DNA of 64,000 nucleotides, taken from IMG/VR virus record IMGVR_UViG_3300023176_002545; one strand, given 5' to 3'. Both the position numbers and the translations under genes were made by a program. Origin of the DNA: a virus. Positions 30,501 through 38,333 of this stretch are shown here, one piece after another; the stretch's first letter is position 1; each line of letters begins with the position of its first letter. Under the pieces are notes generated by a model, which made no database searches, was not told the origin of the DNA, and worked only from the letters and a program-made list of their open reading frames with translations.

Positions 30501-32074
30501 TCAATAACTTCATTGCCTTGTATAGCATCTGAAGCACGGTTAGTTGTTAGTTTACCTGTACCAACATAACCAAAGTTATGACTTACTAGACGTAAACTTA
30601 CACCTGGACCATCTGCTGTAACACCTGAGTTACCATATACCATTGCAGAACCAATTGCACGTAGTTCTACACCAAATTCAAATTTTGTTACTTCAACAAT
30701 ATTTTCTGCTTGTACACCAGAAACTGTACCAATAATAGAACCACCTTGACCATACTGTGGTGTAAAGTCAACACCGTCTAGTCCAGTGTATAGTCCTGTA
30801 ATTGATAGTGTGTTAGTTGCTGGATTCCAACTTGAAATTTGAAACTGTGCTACTGTTGAACCATCTGTTGAAGTATAACGTACTGTTTCGCCTGGAATAA
30901 AGTTTCCACCTGTTACGTTATTAACAATAACATATGTTTGGCCTGTACCGCCCCAACCTTGTGTTCCTGTTGTTGCATGGAATGCTTTGTCTGCTAGATA
31001 AACAAACGAGTTTAGCATTTCTATTCTAATACCGTTTGTAGCATATATACCAGTTTGACCTGGTGCAAATATTGTTACCTCATTGAGCAACATGCTTGGC
31101 TCAATTGAGTTTCTGTTTATAAATTGACCATCTGCTTTAACACCTCGGCCTGCATCATGTGCATCAAAACCGTATGGATCATCAGATGAATTAATACCTA
31201 ATCTTACAGTTGAACCAAAGTTCAATACTGTAACATTCATTATGTATGGACCACGTGTAAAGTTTGCTGTTGTTGATTCGTCAAAACAGAAAGCATAACC
31301 TGTATCGTTTATGCTGTCGTACTCCATTTCACGAACAGTTAACATTTCTACTGTGCCGCCACCTCTAAATTGGAAACCGTTTTGTGTACGAGTAGCTGAT
31401 GTTGGTTTAATCTGTGTTGAACGAATACCTTGTCCAACAATGTTAACACCAGGATATACTGTTAGTGGAAAAATTTCTTCAAATGTACCTGAGCCAATTT
31501 TAACTGTGTCGCCATTACGTGCAACAACAAGTGCTTGTCTAATAGTACGGAAAGCATCTTGCATGCTTTCACCTGTGTTACCGTCACTACCATTTACAGT
31601 AACCCAGTAAACATTACCTTCTTTCTTAGTAATATCAACACCATTAGCATAGATACCACCAGTACCTGCACTGTCTAAATATAAACTAGTATTAGAGTCA
31701 ATTGAACTAATGCCAGTACGATCACCGTCACCATCTAGTCTTAGGTTGTTAATATTAACAACTTCACCTGTAAAGGTAGTTGCTGCTTCACCAACAGTAA
31801 GCAAGTTGTTAATAACAACATTACCAGTGCCACTTGCTGTAATAACAAGATCACCGTTTGAGAATTGTGGTTCTAAAATACTTGTTTGAATTCTAGTTGA
31901 ATTAACAGTATCACTAAAAAAGCCGCTACCAGAAACATCAATTTCTGCTATAGGTCTAGTAGTTTTACCTACAGCAAGTTTCGAGTCTGAAGTAACTTCT
32001 CCAAACCTATTAATTTTTAATGCTTCATCTTTTACATTCTTTGATGCTAATGTAGTACGCTTTAAATATTTCAT
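27572..32074 (-). CDS. Large fibre/virion structural protein (1500 aa)
   Basis: Beta-helix head paralogous to that of the 4221-aa protein, two RFNT-x4-EG-x5-WSSLGG-x2-D-x-DG-x-TYI modules and C-terminal GAxVxxGGxG repeats. Confidence 0.8.
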   Translation of the reverse strand: MKYLKRTTLASKNVKDEALKINRFGEVTSDSKLAVGKTTRPIAEIDVSGSGFFSDTVNSTRIQTSILEPQFSNGDLVITASGTGNVVINNLLTVGEAATTFTGEVVNINNLRLDGDGDRTGISSIDSNTSLYLDSAGTGGIYANGVDITKKEGNVYWVTVNGSDGNTGESMQDAFRTIRQALVVARNGDTVKIGSGTFEEIFPLTVYPGVNIVGQGIRSTQIKPTSATRTQNGFQFRGGGTVEMLTVREMEYDSINDTGYAFCFDESTTANFTRGPYIMNVTVLNFGSTVRLGINSSDDPYGFDAHDAGRGVKADGQFINRNSIEPSMLLNEVTIFAPGQTGIYATNGIRIEMLNSFVYLADKAFHATTGTQGWGGTGQTYVIVNNVTGGNFIPGETVRYTSTDGSTVAQFQISSWNPATNTLSITGLYTGLDGVDFTPQYGQGGSIIGTVSGVQAENIVEVTKFEFGVELRAIGSAMVYGNSGVTADGPGVSLRLVSHNFGYVGTGKLTTNRASDAIQGNEVIELNGGKVRYTSVDHLGDFRVGDLFYVSQETGEVQIDGSGLNFGALAGGLSFDDGQGNRSTITATEVTTGFLTFANNGIGSTDILEIDALDALSLYSAEGQITVNASDGAQQLELTGGPIVLRGDIDLGTPPGNPVDPFPYVTRFKSYVESNIQPATEFTGVWDLGAPDAVWGALYAGKVQVDDVRIENNVISVDTTNQDLEINPSGAGRVLIGGYSFLRVPVGNTPERGSNPETGAIRFNTQLQSFEGYQGTAWSSLGGIKDIDGNTYITPEVTPGSNDDRFDIYAGGSLIGQWDFDDLTVNSTRFNHKNFTFENDTMVMNSINTDYRFEITPGGTGEFFFNKTVNIDGDIVLPGGTISAPNATLNVTSIAAANFASDIIPDVNMAYDIGHSTAMFSEAWIASINTSDFRIFQNRISTTNTNADFEISAAGSGQIRIVGETALVLPVGGVATRPPGEVGQVRFNTDTNQYEGWNGLAWSSLGGVRDVDGDTYILPELSPGSNENTLFFYGGGVELARLTNQGWQGGILIDGNLNIEGNAIKTTISNSDIDIMVNGTGEINLEADTNVTGVLNASSWVTSPRMFVTGELINRIAYIDFQNEIQTSDNLRFDDTELVVNTPTQLNGNTTVDGILNVTANINVPDVFTDFLTVAEDATFAKNVYFPEIGVFGTRISTLNTNAPLQLDAAGSGRIVSMKNMTIEGELFIEGDIYGSSTTQNVFNTTATTINAFGQATYVSFGNAAGTTRFNSNAGSTAETNGAVVIGGGLGVGENIHLGGDLNVEGGSINTLQQNFDLLRDNIQFLRAFNSSTNISFGATSGQTIFESLDGSTSSLTGGVIFKGGIGVAENIYVDGIINATNTVDSTSTSTGAVVIEGGIGIGKNLYVAGITRIENATASTDSTTGALVVDGGVGIKEKLFVAQETRIESTTEAGSTTSGALIVEGGVGVGRDIYVGQDIEGSGIDLSYINNFTIDGGTF
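27640..28250 (-). repeat. Five STxxxxGA(V/L)(V/I)xxGG(I/V)G(I/V) fibre-shaft repeats
   Basis: Seen in the translation of the C-terminus of 27572..32074. One similar unit occurs in the 4221-aa protein. Confidence 0.7.
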
Positions 32075-32076
32075 TA

Positions 32077-32409
32077 TTACACTCTCACATAACTTGAGGT
32101 AACAGTAAGTGCGTTAGCATTGCTTACTAGTACTTGTATACTGTCATTTTCTTCAAGAACAAATTTTTCTGTATCTAAACTAAAACTTTCTCCTGCAGGG
32201 ATTGCTAAATTTTTCATTACCGTATTATCATCGCCTGCTGCATCGCCAGCTGCGACCACATATAAATCTACGGTTACATCTGTGCTAGTTGACGTGTTGC
32301 ACAAAATCATAATCGTAACAGCTATATCATTCCCGCCGCCGACAGCTTGGTTGTTTAACAGAACTTCTGTTGCGTTAGTGCCAGTTATTCTTACATTTTT
32401 TATAGCCAT
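32077..32409 (-). CDS. Small virion-associated protein (110 aa, beta-rich)
   Basis: Co-oriented within the fibre operon, AGGA SD. Confidence 0.65.
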   Translation of the reverse strand: MAIKNVRITGTNATEVLLNNQAVGGGNDIAVTIMILCNTSTSTDVTVDLYVVAAGDAAGDDNTVMKNLAIPAGESFSLDTEKFVLEENDSIQVLVSNANALTVTSSYVRV

Positions 32410-32420
32410 CTTTACGTTCC

Positions 32421-33503
32421 TTAAAACAGCAATCCATAAATGATTGCTTTTCGTCTGCTTGCAATTTCATCTCTGCCTTCAGGAGTAGCTGCATACAACC
32501 CAGTACCACCTCCAGCAACGTCACCTGCATACAATTTTGTTCCTACGTTAGGCGGTGGAAGTGCAGGTTCACTTACATTCTTAACCATTAGTATATCGTC
32601 AAGAATACGTATGCTTCCTGTACCGCTTACAGTTAATACTAGATCTGAGTTTGACCCCATGCTTTCTAGCATTGTACCATTAGCTACGCCTTTAACTCTT
32701 AAACCTTGAGAATCTATTGCGTTATAAAATTCAAAACCATCTTCAAGTGTAGCTCTAAAAGCAGGTACATCATCAATAGTAAATTCAATTTCACTATTTT
32801 GAATCCAGTTAACACCTTCTTGCTTAACAGTAACCGAAGTTTTGCTAATTGGTGCAAATGTTACAGGATCTAAAAGTGTACTTGAAATTGTTGGAACACC
32901 AGTACCGTTTAGATAATCAATAATTTTCCAGTCAACATAGCCTTTGTTAGCTAGTATCTTGTCATCATCATTACCAAAGTATCCTGCTGATCTTGGTTCA
33001 ATTGCTTCTGTATAAGAAGCACTATCAACTTCAATAGTGCCACTTGCTCCTATGCCTTGGAATAAAAACTTAGTTCCAGCATTCATTATAATGCTGCTAG
33101 TTTTTAGCGGAACTGGAGTTTCAATTCTTGTTCCGCCTCCACTAAATGATTCTTGGAAAAAGTTTATAACACCGTAGGATTGTACGCCTGTCTGAGGATC
33201 TGTAAATGTTATGTCTTCGTCGTGTACTATGTAAGTGTCAGGTATGCCATTACCTCTGTTAATGTGCAAACCTGACTTTCTAAAACTTATAGCACCTTGT
33301 GTACCTGGATCACCTTCGTTTAAAGTTATTATTGGATCTTTAATTGTGGTGATGGTAGATTCAACTGTAGTTGTATTACCAGTTACAGTTAAATTACCGT
33401 CGACGATGACATTACCAGTTGAGCCTGGATCTAAAATGATCTGGCCACCTGGTTGTGATTTTATTTTATAATCGCCGTCGGGTACATTAACTAGTCTTAA
33501 CAT
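32421..33503 (-). CDS. Virion structural protein (360 aa)
   Basis: GNLTVTGNTTTVESTITTIKDPIITLNEG fibre-like motif, GAGGA SD. Confidence 0.7.
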   Translation of the reverse strand: MLRLVNVPDGDYKIKSQPGGQIILDPGSTGNVIVDGNLTVTGNTTTVESTITTIKDPIITLNEGDPGTQGAISFRKSGLHINRGNGIPDTYIVHDEDITFTDPQTGVQSYGVINFFQESFSGGGTRIETPVPLKTSSIIMNAGTKFLFQGIGASGTIEVDSASYTEAIEPRSAGYFGNDDDKILANKGYVDWKIIDYLNGTGVPTISSTLLDPVTFAPISKTSVTVKQEGVNWIQNSEIEFTIDDVPAFRATLEDGFEFYNAIDSQGLRVKGVANGTMLESMGSNSDLVLTVSGTGSIRILDDILMVKNVSEPALPPPNVGTKLYAGDVAGGGTGLYAATPEGRDEIASRRKAIIYGLLF

Positions 33504-33533
33504 TATATTTCCTCATCAGTAACTTACTTGATG

Positions 33534-33974
33534 TTAGCCATCACCTTCAGTATCGTCAGCACCTGTTAGTACGTCATCTGCTGTACCAAGAGTTGCGTCA
33601 ACACCAGCACCAATGCCTGTACCAGCTTCTTCAACTGCTACTGTTGCACCTGTACCTGTGAAGTCCCAATCAATTCTAGAACCATTGTCCATGGTTAGAA
33701 CACGACCGGAAATTTTAGTTACTTGACGAGCTGTTCCGCCATCGTCTACAGTGATTGACATTTCACCTGCTGCTAGTGCTGCTGATGCTTTGTCTACAAG
33801 GTAACAAGTACCTGTATCTGTACCGCCTGCATTTGAAACTTTGAAACGCTTTGAACCAGTTTGTTTTACAATGTAACCTGGAGTTGATCCGTTACCTGAA
33901 TTAAACTGAACTTTGATTTCGCTACCGCCTGCTGTAGGTGCACCGAAATATCTTTTGTTAATTGGTCTTCCCAT
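33534..33974 (-). CDS. Hypothetical structural-module protein (146 aa)
   Basis: AGGAG SD, own late promoter and structured leader. Confidence 0.75.
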   Translation of the reverse strand: MGRPINKRYFGAPTAGGSEIKVQFNSGNGSTPGYIVKQTGSKRFKVSNAGGTDTGTCYLVDKASAALAAGEMSITVDDGGTARQVTKISGRVLTMDNGSRIDWDFTGTGATVAVEEAGTGIGAGVDATLGTADDVLTGADDTEGDG

Positions 33975-34069
33975 TTGTTTTCTCCTATAAAGTAGTCCTA
34001 TCCGGGTTCTATCCGGTACGCTGTGGGTAACAGCATAAGTCCGCCTTGCGGCACACTATCTGACACAAG
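33975..34069 (-). promoter_or_regulatory. Putative structured 5' leader (three hairpins)
   Basis: GCC-GCAA-GGC (34043-34052), GCTGT/ACAGC (34020-34034) and CCGG/CCGG (34002-34016) between promoter and SD. Confidence 0.4.
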
Positions 34070-34076
34070 TATTTAT
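34070..34076 (-). promoter_or_regulatory. Late promoter (ATAAATA)
   Basis: Recurring TAAATA motif, just downstream of a terminator. Confidence 0.65.
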
Positions 34077-34106
34077 CCATAACGCCAGAAAGGTGAAAGC
34101 ATAGAT

Positions 34107-34129
34107 AAAAAAACCCGCCGAAGCGGGTT
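34107..34129 (-). terminator. Rho-independent terminator after pqqA
   Basis: AACCCGC-TTCG-GCGGG followed by T7 on the minus strand (UUCG tetraloop). Confidence 0.9.
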
Positions 34130-34174
34130 ATTCGCAATCTTGCGTTTCTAGCAAACGTTGCATGTAATCTTCAT

Positions 34175-34246
34175 CTAGCGGTTCATTACATACATTGTTA
34201 CTTCGAAACCAAAACGCATTTCTTCTGCTATAGGTTTTGTCCACAT
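34175..34246 (-). CDS. pqqA: PQQ precursor peptide PqqA (23 aa, MWTKPIAEEMRFGFEVTMYVMNR)
   Basis: Translated by hand (below the ORF-track cutoff). AAAGGAGAA SD 4 nt before ATG. MWxxP...GFEVTMY contains the E-x3-Y PqqA signature. Confidence 0.92.
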   Translation of the reverse strand: MWTKPIAEEMRFGFEVTMYVMNR

Positions 34247-34307
34247 ATGCTTCTCCTTTCAAATAATATTTAAACATAGATGAAAGGAAAAAGCATACGT
34301 AAAATCA

Positions 34308-34394
34308 TTAAAGACTGCTCAATATAAAATTGATTCTATTTCTTCGGTGCTGAATGATTAGTTGTTTGTAGCACCATAGTGTGAAGTTGTCCAT
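34308..34394 (-). CDS. 28-aa small ORF downstream of the riboswitch (MDNFTLWCYKQLIIQHRRNRINFILSSL)
   Basis: AGGAG SD 7 nt before ATG. Lies directly 3' of the glutamine riboswitch. Confidence 0.55.
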   Translation of the reverse strand: MDNFTLWCYKQLIIQHRRNRINFILSSL

Positions 34395-34423
34395 TACACT
34401 TCTCCTACTTAAAGGGTTAAAGT

Positions 34424-34467
34424 GCGTTCCTTCGCATTATGCTACTTCCGTCCCGTAGGATGAACGT
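34424..34467 (-). promoter_or_regulatory. Class I glutamine riboswitch (glnA RNA motif)
   Basis: CGUUC-AUCC-UACG-GGA-CGGAAGUA-GCA-UAA-UGC-GAAG-GAACG: P1 (CGUUC/GAACG), P2, conserved CGGAAGUA junction, P3 and GAAG. Confidence 0.85.
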
Positions 34468-34472
34468 AAAAA

Positions 34473-34479
34473 TATTTAG
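34473..34479 (-). promoter_or_regulatory. Late promoter (CTAAATA) upstream of the riboswitch
   Basis: TAAATA motif about 6 nt before the first riboswitch base and immediately after the gp23 terminator. Confidence 0.6.
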
Positions 34480-34481
34480 TC

Positions 34482-34510
34482 AAAAAAATAGGCCCCTAAG
34501 GGCCTATTTT
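34482..34510 (-). terminator. Rho-independent terminator after gp23
   Basis: AAAATAGGCCC-TTAG-GGGCCTATTTTTTT on the minus strand. Confidence 0.9.
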
Positions 34511-34532
34511 AGTGTTTTATAAAAAATAAAAC

Positions 34533-35702
34533 TTAGCTGAAGCTTACGTTAGAGATCGCAACACGCTCAACGTAGTCCGCTGCATTACCAAGAGATGATG
34601 CAGTGTTGTTTAGCTCAACATAACCATAACGTGTCATGAAGCTAACTACTGGCTCGAATGTGTCTGGATCTAGAACAACGCCGCTGCTCATCAATGGAAT
34701 GTATGGGCAGTAGAATGCTGCTGCATCTGCTTCAGATGAACCTTTGTAACCAACTAGTACGTCAGTGTCGTCTGCTGCATATGTATCAACGTAGATTCTC
34801 ATTGCGTTGTTTAGTGTACCAACGAACTTAGTGTTTGTTGGTGCTTCGAAAGTACCTTCTGTAGTACGAGCAAATGCACTTGTAGTTGCAGACTGTAGGA
34901 TTGTCAATGCTTGTGGTGAAACCACTGCAAAGTTACCTGCACCTCTACGTGTACGCTGTGCAATTTTGTTTGCTTGTCTGTTGATTAGAACTGCAAGTGC
35001 TGCATGCTCATCACCAACAAATGTTGCTGTACCAGATACTGCTGCCTGGTTGAATGTTTCACTTGCTGTACCAGCTAGTGAACGTAGTGAACCTAGGATT
35101 TCTTGGTCAATCTCAGTTGTAATTTCCTGAGCAAGAGCTGCCATGATTTCAGCTTCAACGTCAATGCCCTGTTGAGCTTGTGCGTCTTGAGCTGCTTCAA
35201 AAGTCCAGCGAGCTGATAGCTTTCTGGATTTTGCTTCAACAGTTTGCTTGAGGATTTGGATTGACATCTTACGTCCTGGAGCACCTTCAAGTGTTGCAGT
35301 TGCATCTGCTTTACCATTTGGATCAGTGCCTGCACCTGAATATGCAGTTGCAATCTTAAATGGTGATAGAGCTTCGTCACCTGCTGTTACGTTATCGTTT
35401 GATTCAGCATAACGTACTCTTAATGTGTGGATCTGACCCACTGGACCTGTCATTGGTTGTACACCAACTAACTCGTTTGCGATAGTTGTTGGCATTACAC
35501 GTCTGATGACTGGTAAAATGACTCTGTTTAGAGTCGCGACGTTACCGGCAGAAGTGGCACCAGCTGTTGCACTTTCTGACAAATACTTGCGAGTATTTTC
35601 AAGTGTTACAGCCATAACTGACTTACGATTGCCTTCAAGGCCTTCGAGCAGTGCTGTTTTAGTGTCCTGCCAGCGGCTTTCTAGTAGTTCTGACATTTTC
35701 AT
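34533..35702 (-). CDS. gp23: Major capsid protein
   Basis: VGVQPMTGPVGQI, KSRKLSARWTFEAAQD, EIMAALAQEITTEIDQEI, FYCPYIPL and MTRYG. The real start may be the second Met (35696). Confidence 0.97.
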   Translation of the reverse strand: MKMSELLESRWQDTKTALLEGLEGNRKSVMAVTLENTRKYLSESATAGATSAGNVATLNRVILPVIRRVMPTTIANELVGVQPMTGPVGQIHTLRVRYAESNDNVTAGDEALSPFKIATAYSGAGTDPNGKADATATLEGAPGRKMSIQILKQTVEAKSRKLSARWTFEAAQDAQAQQGIDVEAEIMAALAQEITTEIDQEILGSLRSLAGTASETFNQAAVSGTATFVGDEHAALAVLINRQANKIAQRTRRGAGNFAVVSPQALTILQSATTSAFARTTEGTFEAPTNTKFVGTLNNAMRIYVDTYAADDTDVLVGYKGSSEADAAAFYCPYIPLMSSGVVLDPDTFEPVVSFMTRYGYVELNNTASSLGNAADYVERVAISNVSFS

Positions 35703-35709
35703 GTTCTCC

Positions 35710-36807
35710 TTATTTGATTCCCGCTAAACGACGAATGTCGAAAATATTGCTTTCGGATTCGTCCTTTGCACTACTAATACTAGTATTAACTTTATTGCCT
35801 GTGATTTCTGTGCCTTCTGTCAGTGCCTTCTTCTTCGCTGGAGTTTTACCGTCAATAACGGCCGGTAGGTATTTGTCAAACTGTGCTTGTAAGCGGTTAG
35901 TCTGAACAGATTCCAGTAAGTCTGTCATTATCTCTCTTTGCTCACTGTTAAGTGGGCTTAGGAGCTCGTGAAGCTTTTCTTTACGCATCATTGTGTCGTT
36001 AGCTTGAGCAATTTCTTGCTGTTTGCTTTCAACTAAAGCAGTTTTTTCTTGAACAACTGCTTTCGCTTCTGCTAGTTCTTGCTCTTTTTTAGCAACAACT
36101 TTTAGAAGTTTAGCTGTCTCTGATTTCTCATTAAGATAGCTGTTATTGTACTCTGATGCAAACGCTTCAAAGATCTTACGACCAAAGTCGTTCTTACGTG
36201 CTAGATCGATATCCTCTTTCAGTGTAACAATCTCTTTGTTAAGTGATTTGCTTACTGTTTCAGCAACGAGTTTAGAGCTACGTTTTACAAAAGTTTCTTT
36301 AACTTTTGCAAATTGAGCTTTTGCTTCTCTTATCAATCGCACTTTAGTTTCTGCAAGATCCTTTTTATCTGTATGGAACTCTGCAATTTCTTTAGCTAGA
36401 GCTTCTACAACAAATTCTTCAAGTTGACCGTATTTGCCAGCCATTACTTTCTGATCTTCGTGTAGTTCTTTGACTTCTTTTGCTAGTGATTCAACAACAA
36501 AGCCTTTTAGTAGATCTGCGTTTTTACGCATTGCTACTGCATACTTTGCTTTTGCTTCAGCTAACTGTTTGCGATCTTCTGCAAACTCAGAAATCTCAGC
36601 TTGAAGACGGTCTTCAACTAGCTTATCGATAGCTTCAACCATAACGCCTTTGTCATGTTCGTATTTTTTAGCAAACTCTTCACGTAGTTCTGTAACTGCC
36701 GCTGTTTTTGCTTCTGCAACACGAGCATTCCATGCTTCTTCAATCTCCGCTCTTACATCTTCGGAAATCACGTTGTTCTCAAATAGGTTTTTTAGTGCGT
36801 CCAACAT
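35710..36807 (-). CDS. gp22: Prohead core scaffold protein
   Basis: Coiled-coil, Glu/Lys-rich protein located between gp21 and gp23. Confidence 0.8.
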   Translation of the reverse strand: MLDALKNLFENNVISEDVRAEIEEAWNARVAEAKTAAVTELREEFAKKYEHDKGVMVEAIDKLVEDRLQAEISEFAEDRKQLAEAKAKYAVAMRKNADLLKGFVVESLAKEVKELHEDQKVMAGKYGQLEEFVVEALAKEIAEFHTDKKDLAETKVRLIREAKAQFAKVKETFVKRSSKLVAETVSKSLNKEIVTLKEDIDLARKNDFGRKIFEAFASEYNNSYLNEKSETAKLLKVVAKKEQELAEAKAVVQEKTALVESKQQEIAQANDTMMRKEKLHELLSPLNSEQREIMTDLLESVQTNRLQAQFDKYLPAVIDGKTPAKKKALTEGTEITGNKVNTSISSAKDESESNIFDIRRLAGIK

Positions 36808-36821
36808 GTTCTTCTCCTCTA

Positions 36822-37448
36822 TTATCGGAGCCCGTTGATGATATTCATCAACTGATTCTTTAGGTATTTTTGTGCCTTAGCATCGTCCCTAAGTTCTTGT
36901 GCCATTCCAAATGCCTTATACCCACCCCTGGTATTCATAAGATGCTCATAAATTGGTGTTGGGTAGGCACCTGGAGCACTTGGCTGAGCGACCACATCAA
37001 CTGTTATAATTTCAAAGTCGCTTACTTCGCCGGATCCATCTTCACTGACGTTTCCGGAACCTCTTGAACTTACACCAAGTTTTACACCGGCCTCTAGCAT
37101 TGTTTTTACTAGAGACCCCATTGGTGTAGGAATAAGTTTAAGTTTTCCATAACCGTTTGGGCCATCCATCCACATTTTTGTGATCATATGGCTTACACGA
37201 TCTAAGTTAACATTAAGACCTTGCGGATGATCTACTTCGCCAAGAACCGAATATCCTCCTTCAATCTGCTCGTTGAGCGTCTTGACAGCCCTGCTAATTT
37301 CTTGCACTGGATACACACGCTGATTGGCATTTCTTACACCGCCTTGGATGAAAATGCCTGACATGTGAAGGTCCTTGCCTTCATTTGCAGACTCAACGAC
37401 CATGTTTGCCTGGTCAAATGTCAAGTTCTCTTGGAGTACATTCATCAT
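36822..37448 (-). CDS. gp21: Prohead protease
   Basis: GIFIQGGVRNANQRVYP, GEVDHP, KLGVSSRGSG and DVVAQPSAP. Confidence 0.95.
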   Translation of the reverse strand: MMNVLQENLTFDQANMVVESANEGKDLHMSGIFIQGGVRNANQRVYPVQEISRAVKTLNEQIEGGYSVLGEVDHPQGLNVNLDRVSHMITKMWMDGPNGYGKLKLIPTPMGSLVKTMLEAGVKLGVSSRGSGNVSEDGSGEVSDFEIITVDVVAQPSAPGAYPTPIYEHLMNTRGGYKAFGMAQELRDDAKAQKYLKNQLMNIINGLR

Positions 37449-37462
37449 TTAAAGTCTCCTAA

Positions 37463-38269
37463 TTAGGCTTTAGCTTTTGAATATGCTGGAGCTTTTTTGT
37501 TGCCTGGCTTGTTAACATTACCTGCATCTTCAACAGTTGCTTTATCGGCTTTTCCGCCTTTTTCTTCTGCTGAACCTTGTGCAATGTTACCTGCTGAACC
37601 ACCCATATCATTTTTACCTGCTACAACTGATTTAGCTTTGTTATCTTCGCCTTTGGCATCTGCTACTTTAATAGTATATTCGTCTAGCTTTTCGCCATCT
37701 TTATCCGCTGATTCAAACTCGAAACCTTCATCGGCTTCCATATCATCTTCAGCTTCGCCGCCCATGTCCATGTCGCCCATATCGTCTGCTGCTGGCTCTT
37801 CACCACCTGCACTTGCTAACATGTCTTGGAACTCTTTTTCAAGTTCGCTTAGGGCATCTTCGAGGTCTTCAACACGATCTTCAAGTTCGCCTTCTCCAGC
37901 TTCTTCGCCTTCGTCGCCGCCCATGTCGTCCATGTCTGCCTCTTCATCATCGCCTTCGTCGCCCATTGCGGCCACGTCGTCGATCATATCATCAGCTGGA
38001 TCTCCCATTTCGTCCAACTCTGAATCTTCATCTTCATCAGAAGCTTCTTCAACTGCTTCGTCGTCGTCTTTTTCAGACTCTTCAACTTCTTCATCAGTTT
38101 CGTCAGTTGCTTCTTCGATGTCTTCGTCTTCTAGATCACTTTCTAGTAGACCTTCATAAATATCTCTTGATTTTTCCACTACGATTTCGTGGAATAGTTC
38201 TTCTGCTGCTTCACGCTCTTCATTGATTAGGAGCTCAAGCATCTTTTCAAATTTGCTACGATCAGTCAT
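37463..38269 (-). CDS. Highly acidic prohead core-type protein (268 aa)
   Basis: Long D/E-rich low-complexity tract, upstream of gp21 as for T4 core proteins. GGAGA SD. Confidence 0.7.
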   Translation of the reverse strand: MTDRSKFEKMLELLINEEREAAEELFHEIVVEKSRDIYEGLLESDLEDEDIEEATDETDEEVEESEKDDDEAVEEASDEDEDSELDEMGDPADDMIDDVAAMGDEGDDEEADMDDMGGDEGEEAGEGELEDRVEDLEDALSELEKEFQDMLASAGGEEPAADDMGDMDMGGEAEDDMEADEGFEFESADKDGEKLDEYTIKVADAKGEDNKAKSVVAGKNDMGGSAGNIAQGSAEEKGGKADKATVEDAGNVNKPGNKKAPAYSKAKA

Positions 38270-38308
38270 TGTGTTCTCCTTTTTTTAATTTACAAGGCTG
38301 TCAATAAG

Positions 38309-38315
38309 TATTTAC
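38309..38315 (-). promoter_or_regulatory. Late promoter (GTAAATA) for the core-gp21-gp22-gp23 operon
   Basis: Recurring TAAATA motif in the intergenic gap. Confidence 0.6.
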
Positions 38316-38333
38316 AAATTATACAATAAACTA

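Noticed and set aside
34148-34174. Micro-ORF MKITCNVC right after the pqqA stop
   Set aside because: Eight codons, no SD, no supporting similarity. Its CxxC may be chance.
37497-38226. Long + strand ORFs (220 aa Ser-rich, 137 aa) opposite the acidic core gene
   Set aside because: Antisense shadows of the GAA/GAT/GAC-rich acidic coding sequence. The same applies to most short opposite-strand ORFs in the track.
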